DNA of 64,000 bases from Octopus sinensis (taxonomy: Eukaryota), in assembly GCF_006345805.1 (NCBI RefSeq), contig NC_042999.1, positions 36,146,001 to 36,210,000 on the forward strand, in the 5' to 3' direction. A program made the position numbers and the translations under genes. Shown one piece after another: positions 53,583 to 64,000 of this stretch. The notes beneath the pieces were generated by a model. That model searched no databases, was not told the DNA's origin, and was given only the letters and a program-made list of their open reading frames with translations. The stretch's first letter is position 1. Every line of letters begins with the position of its first letter.

Positions 53583-54254
53583 TATATTCATGGAGCTAAT
53601 GGTGAAAAGAGCTTTTTGATATCTAGTAGAATATTCTATGACCAACTTCAACTAAGATTTTCTATTTTCTCGTACTATGAAGGAATCAAAATACCAGTAA
53701 CATATTCCTCAACAAATTCTATTTTGTTTGACATAAAGAGAAACTTCATTAGTAAGAAAGAAATATCTTACAAACTTCTCAGAACTTTCCTAAGATAAGG
53801 AAGCCATCTCTAGTCAATCACTCAATTACATTCATTCTGTTAACTATACATTTACAAGCCAATGAGGGAGCATCTGTACAGTCTTTCAACCTGCTAGAAA
53901 TAGCAGCCAAGTGTTATCCAAATTATCTCTCACTGTTTTGGGATTATGTGGCCTTGGGTGCATTGTACATGAGAAAAAGCTGGGATGATCATAGTTGGAA
54001 TACCTTTGATCATAGAAACACTCATATAGAGTGATCTGAGACTAAACAATAAGAACAATAACTGACTATTTACAATGCTACCATGAAAATATTTTCACTG
54101 CACCACCAACAACACCATCAGAACATTAGAGTAGCACACTAAAAAACACTGTCCTTCTCACACAGTTCAGGCATTCATTAAACCCAAAGCTGCACTAGTG
54201 TACACTATCTATGACAGAAGGACAAGTGTCCTGCTTTGACCAAATTCACCTCAC

Positions 54255-54303
54255 CTCTCTTCAATGTGGCCATCATCAGAAACTATTGATACATAAGGAC
54301 TGA
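54255..54303 (-). CDS. Candidate exon (49 nt, or 45 nt using the second CAG) of the minus-strand gene: SPYVSIVSDDGHIEE(R)
   Basis: Long pyrimidine tract cctttttgttctctttttcttctccccatgttcag|tcag| and donor AGAG|gtgagg; only one frame is open. Confidence 0.65.
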
Positions 54304-57034
54304 CTGAACATGGGGAGAAGAAAAAGAGAACAAAAAGGCAACATGCTTAGACTGCCTCACTGCATCTCATATGACAAACCCCACTGTGTGTATGAAAGCA
54401 TAACAATCTTCCACTAGAAAGGGAGTCCGAATTTCAGTTTCTCAATCATGGCTGATCAACAACTACAACTAGTCAACTGCTTAATATATATTTCTCTCAT
54501 ACAATGTTTTATAAGTTAATATTATTTAATCATGTAAATTTACAATCAGCCATGAAAACTGCTTTAAATGCTAAGACAGAAAAATCTAATGATACCTCTT
54601 GTGGCAACATCAGACAACATTGTCTAAGCTATACTCTTAAAGCATAGGGTCCTCCAGCCCTGATCATGATCCACATTAGAAGCTATTGCTCATCCATCTC
54701 AGATGGCACTGTTGTTACATAATACAAGTATTCTCCGATATTCTAGTACAGTCTGTTTAAATTTAATTGATAATCAACAAACAAACCTGGAGCAGCAAAC
54801 AAAAATTAAACTACTTGAAAATAGCATTTTATTTATTCATTTATTTTATTTTATTTCTAATGAGACGTGACACCTTCAGTGAGGTAATTCACTGAGGTGA
54901 TTTATTCTGGCAAATTCTATATAGCCTGCAGTGTGACATGAACTGCTGACCCATATGCCAAGGTTGAATATCACCAACTGGATTATAATGACTGTCATAG
55001 AATTATTTACATAAACAAATACCACTTATATCACATAGCTAGTGTTAGGAAGAAATATTAAATATGAGCTCCAACAATTCCTCTATATTAATTTACATGT
55101 CGTTCCAGACTTAGACTGATAGAAAAATGGATGTAGAACTATTATAAAATGATGAAGGCTAAAATTTTTTTACATTTAATTTTCCATCTGAACATGTGTT
55201 TCACATATCTACAACAGAATATTTATATATATTAACACTATATTTTCTTAACAGTGAGATTTGGCTATTTTATCACAAGTCTTTCTTCTTATTCTAACTA
55301 CAACCAACAAATGCCATTTATTCACCCATCGTGTTTTCATCTGTTCACATTCTAAATGTATAATAGCACAGTCATATCATTTTTGTATGTGAATGTGAGC
55401 ATGTGTTAAAGAATGCATTCGATGCCCAGCCATATTCTCACCCACTCATGTTCAACCTGTCTTGCCACTTCTTACATGACAACAAAAATGACAAACAATA
55501 CAGTCAAACAAACACACACATGCAGACATGCAAATAAACAACAGCACGCACACACTCACAGATCAAACAATATCCTACATTCATAAGCTTCTCAAGTGGA
55601 CATACTGCTACCACCCAACCTGATGCAACAATCAAGAAATAAAACACATTGAGATAATATTCACTTTATTTTTTTAATGAGACATAAAATTTTCAGCAAG
55701 GTGATTCACCTGAGCTGATTTACACTGATACATAAATGGTGACATGCTTGCAGTGAAATATGAAACTGCTGACCCATAAGCCAAGATCCAGTATCACAAA
55801 GTATGATTGGATTATGTCTCTTGAAACATTCTATAAAAAGTACTCATAATCACATCAAAACACATAAAAAAAACTATTGTATGGTGGTTATACGCTTTGA
55901 TTCATACTAAGCTAAAGAGGGTTCCTTCCTATGATAGCATATGAAATATTTATCTTGTTATTGTAAACCTGTTTTGTTTCATAATTTGATAATGTATTTC
56001 AAGAACCTTTTGAAGAGAAACTTTTGAATCTTCTCAAACTATATACTATTTGTTTGTTATTCATTCACTGAATGCGATCATTAGACACCAGTCATGCTGG
56101 AACATCACCTTCAAGTGTTTCTTTTTCTTTTGAGACAACCATATGAACCTCATCACTTATTTCAGTCAAATATTTTTTCGATCTATTTACAGAATGAATA
56201 GCTAAGTTACTATTTGACATAATGAGATGCAAGTCCACACACTAGCATGAACACACACACACACACACACAACAGACAACCACATAGTTTTTCCCCCTAC
56301 AAAATTCCACTCACAAGGTATTGGTCAACACAAGACTATAGTAGAAGTTACTAGCCCAATGTACAAATGCATTAAGACTGAAACAAGCATCCTGTGGTTA
56401 TGAAGCAAATTTGTTAACCCCACAGCTATGCTGGTACCCACTTGATAAAAGAAAATCAAACTGAATTCTTTTGATAGCATCTCAAATATGCAACATCATT
56501 TTCCATAAAGCATGCAAACAGAGCTATCATAGCAACTAATTTATTTTTCTAAGCTCTCACTCATTCTTATCTACACCACAAGTTAAATATATTTGATTCA
56601 GCCATTTTCAATTTTATGACAAGATGTTATTTCATTCATTTTAAATCTGTTTTATTCCATGCTAGCATGGGCTGGATATCATTTTACACTCGGATGTCTT
56701 TCTTGTTGCTAATCCTTACCCATTTTTCAGGTAGGAGATTTTTTAATCAACTAGCCTTCAAAAGTGTAAAGTGATGCAACGTTGTCAATAGGGGAATGTG
56801 AACATCACCTCATTTCACCCAGGCAGTGACAAATGAAACCATGAAATATCATTCATGCAAACAGACCCGCAATCATATATATCTGTACTTATATATATAT
56901 CATCATCGTTTAACGTCCGTTCTCCATGCTAGCATGGGTTGGACGGTTTGACCAGGGATCTGGGAAGCCAGAAGGCTGCACTAGGCTCCAGTCTTATCTG
57001 GCAATGTTTCTACAGCTGGATGCCCTTCCTAACA

Positions 57035-57120
<86 letters not shown>

Positions 57121-57194
57121 TTTTGTATACACATTTGTATGATAGACAGACAATCCATCAACAGACAGTTGGCTGACAGACAACTTACAGACAG

Positions 57195-57330
57195 GACAAT
57201 TGTGTGGTATGGTGCAGAGTCCTGTTGCCAGACATAACGTGTTCCAATAGCCACGCTCTTGATCCAGAGCAGCACAACCTCCTCCAGGCACTTGCTGTAG
57301 GCCTCCATGCTGAATCTGTGGCTGTGTGTG
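57195..57330 (-). mobile_element. DD37D (maT/mori-type) Tc1/mariner transposase fragment
   Basis: HRFSMEAYSKCLEEVVLLWIKSVAIGTRYVWQQDSAPYHT matches the Y.KCLEEVV.PW....GRPYVWQQDSAP.HT block of this group. Confidence 0.8.
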
Positions 57331-57377
57331 AATTTTCTGTTGGTGAATTGTCTGTTGACAAATTTTCTGCACACATA

Positions 57378-57437
<60 letters not shown>

Positions 57438-57855
57438 TGCATGTAATGTAATGTGTATGAGATCATCACCAATTAACATCCATTTTCCAAGCTGGCTTGG
57501 GTTGGACAGTTTGTTACCAGAATCTGATGAGTCTAAGGTCTGTATTAACATGATTTCTATGTTTCTATGGTTGGATGCCCTTCCTAATGCCAACTACTTT
57601 ATAGTATGTACTTGTGTGCTTTTGTTTTCAGGACATCATCACTATTCAGGTTGCAATGCAGCTTACAAGGCCATGAATTCTGAGGGAAGGGGGTTTGGCT
57701 TTATGATGAGGGATGAAGGGTTAAAGCATGAGAGATGGAGGAGAAGAAGTAGTAGATAGACACTGTATGGAAGCCCATCCTGTGTGTGAATATATATGTA
57801 TGTGTATGTATGTATGTATGTATGTATGTATGTATATATATATATATAATATATA

Positions 57856-57891
<36 letters not shown>

Positions 57892-59345
57892 TGTATATAT
57901 ATATATATATATATAATATATATATTATATATATATATATACACATACATAAATGTTGAACAATGAGAATGAGTGCTTACATCACATTGGTAGATAACAT
58001 TTCTTTATTTGTGTATTAAGGCTACCATTGGTATCATATTAAGAAAAATGTATTAACAATTTTTCAAGCCGATCACATGGAGGAATGGTGTTCGTCTCCC
58101 TTTTGGATGAAAATACCAAACTGGAGACGAACACCATTCCTCCATGTGATCGGCTTGAAAAATTGTTAATACAGTTTTCTTAACATGAAACCAATGGTAG
58201 CCTTGATACACATATAAATCTATATATATTAAGAAGCATCCATACAGTTTCTGTCTACCACTTCCACTCACAAGGCAATAGTTGACCCAAGCTATAACAG
58301 AAAGCACTTGCTCAGAGTGTTACAAAGTGAGCAAAACTATACAGTTACAAAAACTTTACAATTACAAAAACTACAATTCAACACTATACAATTTACAAAG
58401 CGAACTCAAAATCCATACAGCCATACCTGCCACAATTGTATACAACTACGAATAGACATTTAGAAAAGATGACAGTTTTTTTTTTAAACCCCTACACTCA
58501 TCATCATCAGTGGTTTAATGTCCCTATTCCAATTTTTACATTGAAAATACACACCTGGAAAATCACATTATCAAATCACCCTTATCTTGCTTGTATTGTC
58601 TCACCTTTTAGCCCCCAAATAGCAAGCCAATGATCTAATAGTCACATCTCCTCCTTCCCCACTCCTCATTCCTGCTACTTTTCAGCAGCAGCAGCAGTGA
58701 ATTACACATGTTCTTAACCAATATGAATGATTCTTATGCTTTAAAACTTGCAGAGATTTCTGTTTCTGAATGTTTGATAGTGTGATAATCTCTTCTTTTC
58801 ATGCCTTCTCATACAGACCGAAAAAAAAAAAAAAAAAAAAAAAAACAATATAATTATGCTAATATTAAATACTAAATCAAGATCAATGATTTATGACATT
58901 TGCTATTGATCCAATCTTGGGCTTTTCCTCAATAAACCACAAATTCTTTATATCTGATGAAGGTCAAGTTAATAAATCTCAGTTAATCCACTTCCCATTA
59001 TTCAAGACTAATCCTTTAACTCATACATGGTGAGCCTCTAAAATTACAAGGTAGAGCTCTTTAAATTTGACCTACAAAAAATGCACTGGTCTTTACCCAC
59101 AAGCAAAATCTGGCATTATCACAGTTTTAGGATAAGCCATTCCAGGTAACAAGATTCCAAGTTCTAATCAGACTTATAATACATGATCTCGAAGGATTTT
59201 GACACACTCAGCACCAAATGAATAAACAACCTAGATCTGGAGTACAACATGTAATACTTACACACATTTTTGGTAACAAATGAATGAAAGAGAATACTGA
59301 AGGTAGAGTTTAAATATTATATATATATATATATATACATATATA

Positions 59346-59536
59346 CATCATCATCATCATCGTTTAACGTCTGTTCTCCATGCTAGCATGGGTTGGACGG
59401 TTCGACCGGGGATCTGGGAAGCCAGAAGGCTGCACTAGGCTCCAGTCTTATCTGGCAATGTTTCTACAGCTGGATGCCCTTCCTAACGCCAACCACTCCG
59501 TGAGTGTAGTGGGTGCTTTTTACGTGCCACCTGCAC
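59346..59536 (-). mobile_element. Family D retroposon, 5'-truncated young copy
   Basis: Reverse complement closely matches 35400-35590. Confidence 0.85.
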
Positions 59537-60904
59537 GTATATATATATAATGTGTGTGCATATGTCAATACATTAAATTCTTTAAAATTATATGCACACA
59601 AATTATTTACAATATGTGGAAATAATTCTATGAAGTATAAGAAATAAAAAAAAAGGAAAGATGAAAGAAAGAAGAAAAGAAAAAGAGAGATTATAGAAGG
59701 AAGTGTCTATAGCCTTATTATGTGACTAACATGGTCAACTGGTGATAATGTTACAATTAATATTTAATCTAAATTGTAAAAGATCAATAATTGGGACAGT
59801 AATTTTAGAGTGTTGATCATTTTATTCTCAACATTAATACTAAGTCAGTCCTAATTGAGAAGATATTTGATCAAAGATATTCAAGCAGGACCAAGCCAAC
59901 TTGATTTTTTTTCAAACACAATGTATATAGAACTATATTATGCAATTATCCTATTATTATACAGGGTATGATCTGAAGGAGATCAGTTTCTAGAGCTACC
60001 AAGTCAAGTGACCCAATAGAGGCTTGTGGTTGTTATTGTTGCTCTGCTCCAGGTCAGTCTTGATATGACAAACCTATAATCAAAGGAACCCCAGTTATAA
60101 CCCTTCCATTTTTAAAATTCAGACTGTGTATGTAGAACTACATTATTCAATATGCTTTAGAAAAAAGATTGTAAGGGCAGCCTTGCAAACACTACTTGGA
60201 TGCACAGTGGATTGCTTGAGTGTCTTGAAAAACATGTAATTCACAATTTTGTTATACGAGTATGACTAGTGAGATATAATGATTTCATATTTTGGTACAA
60301 GGCCAGTAATTTCAGTTACATTACATTGACCCCCGCCCCCAAGTGTTCAACTGGTACTTATTTCATTGATCCCAAAAGGATGAAAGGCAAAGTCAACTTT
60401 GGCAGAATTTTAACTCAGAACATAAAGCCGGACAAAATGTCACTAAGCCTTTTGCCTGGAGTGCTAACGATTCTGCCAGCTTGCCTCTTTTGATTAAGTA
60501 ATAGCTTTAAATAAAATATTTAAAAAAAAAAAACTTTCCATGCAAAGAGTGCCAGATTTGAGAGATGTGACTGCTGTCTGCAGCAAGTTGAACATCCATG
60601 TAGAGCTTCATACACATGATCGAAGAAGTATGAATGTAACTAACCATTTGTCCATTTATTTAACTTGAATTTCATGGAGAATTATTTGGAGAGAGGCATT
60701 TTATGACTGGATGCCCTTCCTGTCACCAAACCTACCATTGCAAGTATGAAAACAGTATTCCACTACAACTATTATATATTCAGATTTCCCTTACTAAACT
60801 TTACAATCTCTATAAAACACACAAAAACCTACAAACAGTTCAATTAGAATTAAATCTTAACACCAAATCCTTTGGGCTCACCTCATCTCTCTCAGTAAAG
60901 TTTG

Positions 60905-61197
60905 CGTGGCCGTTGCCAGTGCCGCCCCAACTGGCCTCTGTGTCGGTGGCACATAAAAAGCACCATCCGATCGTGGCCGTTTGCCAGCCTCATCTGGCAC
61001 CTGTACTGGTGGCACGTAAAAAGCACCCACTACACTCACAGAGTGGTTGGCGTTAGGAAGGGCATCCAGCCGTAGAAACATTGCCAGATCAGATTGGGCC
61101 TTGTGCAGCCTTCTGGCTTCCCAGACCCCAGTTGAACCGTACAACCCATGCTAGCATGGAAAGCGGACGTTAAACGATGATGATGAATGATGATGAT
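60905..61197 (+). mobile_element. Family D retroposon with two internal units
   Basis: Colinear with 35163-35590; ends GTTAAACGATGATGATG. Confidence 0.85.
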
Positions 61198-61740
61198 TTG
61201 AGCAAAACTCTTCATAGGTAAGAAAGAATTTTCTTCAATGTTTATATATTAGGCTCAACAAAACTTTTCTTTTTCTAAATAAGAGGCTTGTTTAAAAAAA
61301 ACAGTACTCAAACTTCTCAGCAGCAAAGAAACTTATCAAAATTTGCAAACTTTACTAATTGATTTTTTGCTGACACAGTCCACCAATAATTTCCTCCTAC
61401 TCTGGTTGGTATTTCCTAATATAAGATTGTTGCTAATTTATCTTAGCCTTATAAAATTTTAATACAACTTATGAAATTCTTTTCATTTGAAAATGTCTGC
61501 CAAAATTCCATGTACCTCAAACAAACTGTTATTTTAACCCATTTATTATGGAAAACTATTAAAACTACAAAACAACTACTATTATCTTAACCTAGTTACA
61601 ACTGTGAATTATATACACTAATATCACCAACAAATAAACAACCTGTAAATCTGCACCATTTATAAAAAAGAGTTCTTTATTCGTCATTATCATGTTTGTA
61701 GTTTTACTAAACTGAATCTTATCTAAATTACTCAACATAC

Positions 61741-61807
61741 TGAATTGCTCAAGACTGGGGCCATTCTGTGTCATTACGTCAACCTCAACACTTATTTTCA
61801 CTCTCAT
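61741..61807 (-). CDS. Weak candidate upstream (possibly first coding) exon: MRVKISVEVDVMTQNGPSLEQF
   Basis: ATG at 61807, 22 codons plus 1 nt, donor TCA|gtatgt; phase matches the 49-nt form of the 54255-54303 exon. No convincing acceptor. Confidence 0.25.
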
Positions 61808-62298
61808 AAGAACAAAAAAAAAACAAAGTAAACCTTGGAGCAAAAGGATATAACCAAGATAGAACCAAATAACACGGGGAACATTTCTGAGGCACAAGTC
61901 CTCCACTTTTCATCAATATGTGCATATTACACATAAATGCATCCAGGGGCCTTCTAGACAATTTTTGTCCTCTAGATTTAGCTCACAAGACTTTGGTCAG
62001 ACGAAATCTTTAACATGCAGCAGACAAGCTAAATGTTTTACAATACTTAATATCTTCATGTTCTGAAGTTAAATCCTGGCAAAGCTGAAATTGTTTTCGG
62101 GATTCAAAGGGTGAATGAAATACATACCAGACGCGTACTATGGTTGAGTTAATCAATTATGCCCTTCTCATATAAGTGTCATAAGACACTGTGCCTATGT
62201 AAAATAATCAAGATTAGGAAAAAGTTTGAAACGAGCAATAAGCACAGAATTCTAGATGTTGAGGGGACTATAAGACAGACTATAACCACAGACAGCTT

Positions 62299-62513
62299 GA
62301 AAAAGCACCATCCGATCGCTCGTCTGGCACCTGTGCCAGTGGCACGTAAAAAGCACCCACTACACTCATGGAGTGGTTGGCTTTAGGAAGGGCATCCAGC
62401 CGTCGAAACATTGCCAGGTCAGACTGGGCCTGGTGCAGCCTTCTGGCTTCCCAGACCCCAGTTGAACCATCCAACCCATGCTAGCATGGAAAGCGGATGC
62501 TAAATGATGATGA

Positions 62514-62516
<3 letters not shown>
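62299..62516 (+). mobile_element. Family D retroposon, truncated
   Basis: Colinear with 60950-61197. Confidence 0.85.
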
Positions 62517-62576
<60 letters not shown>

Positions 62577-62598
62577 TGTATATGTGTACATATAAGTA

Positions 62599-62663
<65 letters not shown>

Positions 62664-62831
62664 CACAATTTATTTGTGATCAGGGGTGTTCCTAAACCGA
62701 GGTACTAGGTACTACTGCATAAAATGAATAGAAGGACAGGAGATAAAGCATGATATATTCGAGATGAGAAGTGTTCAAAAAGTGAGGTACTACTTTACAT
62801 GTATATATATGTATATGTGTGTACATATATA

Positions 62832-62879
<48 letters not shown>

Positions 62880-62924
62880 CATATGTAAATGTACATACTT
62901 ACATATATACATATATATATATAT

Positions 62925-63866
62925 GCATATGTGGGCACAGGATGTCATGAAACATGTACAACAAAAAATTACAAAGTACGAGTACATGGAATATGAACTA
63001 TTTTTTCGAACGAAGGGCACAAATGGAAAACAGGACAACATAAAGAATGACCCTTCATCAGTTATTAGTTGTTTTTCTACTCTCGTCTTTCGAGCATTTA
63101 ACAACAATATATGCTTTCAATGAAACGGTTTCTCCCGCAAAGCAAATTAAATAAAATTTGGGATTTTGCGGAGGGTCAAAATTGGTAATACAAACAGGAC
63201 AGTGAAAACAAACAGGAAGGGCTGCTAAACCTAAACAAGGTTGCGGTGGCGAATGTGTAAATCAAGCTTGGACAGGACACAGACAAGAACACGTCTTTCT
63301 TGTCCCAGGTACAACGGAAAGAAAGAAACACAAGTTAGGAGAAGAAAGAAAGACGACCAATGGTCACGTGGGAGCCATGTGAGCAAGGGAGAAGGAGTGA
63401 GGGAGAGAGAGTGACAGAGTAATGGAATAGAATAGTGGGAGAAGAGGAGGTAAAAGAATAAGAGAGAGAAAGAGAGAAAAACGAAAGTGTAAAAAGATCA
63501 TATAGAGTGCAAATCAGAATTAAGATAAAACTTACTTGGAAGAGGATGTGTGGTGTTCAATCATATATATATATATATATATATATATGCATATATACAT
63601 ATATATATGTACTTACTTACATCTATACATGTATATATATATGCATATATACATACATATATGTACTTACTTACATCTATACATGTATATATATATATAT
63701 ATATATGCATATGTGGGCACAGGACATCATGAAACATGTACAACAAAAAATACGAAGGACAAGTACATGGAATACAAACTATTTTTTTAACAACGAAATG
63801 CACAAATGGAAAACAAGACAAACAACATAATGAACGACCGTTCATCAGTTGTTGGCTGTTTTTCTA
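62925..63866. repeat. Diverged direct repeat pair (~155 bp; 62925-63080 and 63705-63866), family unknown
   Basis: Both begin CATATGTGGGCACAGGA..CATGAAACATGTACAACAAAAAAT after a TA-rich microsatellite and end TTCATCAGTT..TGTTTTTCTA. Confidence 0.75.
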
Positions 63867-64000
63867 AGATATAGTTATATATATATATGCATACATATGT
63901 GTGTGTGTATATACAGTGGTGGTAGTCTATTCCTTATGCAGAGTTTGAGCACCTCCCGTACCTACGTCTTAGAACCATCATGCCATTTGATGTGGCTTTT

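Noticed and set aside
55676-55830. snoRNA call for the duplicated module (ACATAA hinge and terminal ACA in copy B)
   Set aside because: The boxes are not conserved in copy A and lie on the strand opposite the putative host gene; kept only as an unexplained module.

Overview
This is AT-rich eukaryotic genomic DNA dense in microsatellites. The SINE, MITE and LINE families look like those I associate with octopus (coleoid cephalopod) genomes; this is recognition from memory, not a database result. Nearly all six-frame ORFs are microsatellite or repeat artefacts, and there are no prokaryote-type genes, rRNA, bona fide tRNA or CRISPR arrays. Most of the window reads as introns of one large minus-strand gene, visible only as small exons bounded by splice sites (best supported: 54255-54299/54303, 17841-17935, a 20-nt microexon at 13733-13752 and a 15-nt microexon at 8761-8775). 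These can be joined in one open frame (..SPYVSIVSDDGHIEER-VCEHCA-AINQE..), but I do not recognise the product. Intronic DNA holds at least four SINE-type families, TTAA-flanked piggyBac-type MITEs, TA-flanked pogo/Tigger-type MITEs, decayed mariner and DD37D transposases, Helentron/DINE-like elements, R4-, RTE-, CR1-group LINE and Gypsy fragments, and Penelope-type minimal hammerhead motifs. The best leads are the microexon chain, a diverged duplicated ~170-bp module at 54.85/55.67 kb, two young SINEs that both inserted into the same palindrome of an older element, the hammerhead motifs, and several fold-back structures. A near-perfect 1.08-kb tandem duplication may be an assembly artefact. 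I cannot claim a new biological system from the sequence alone.
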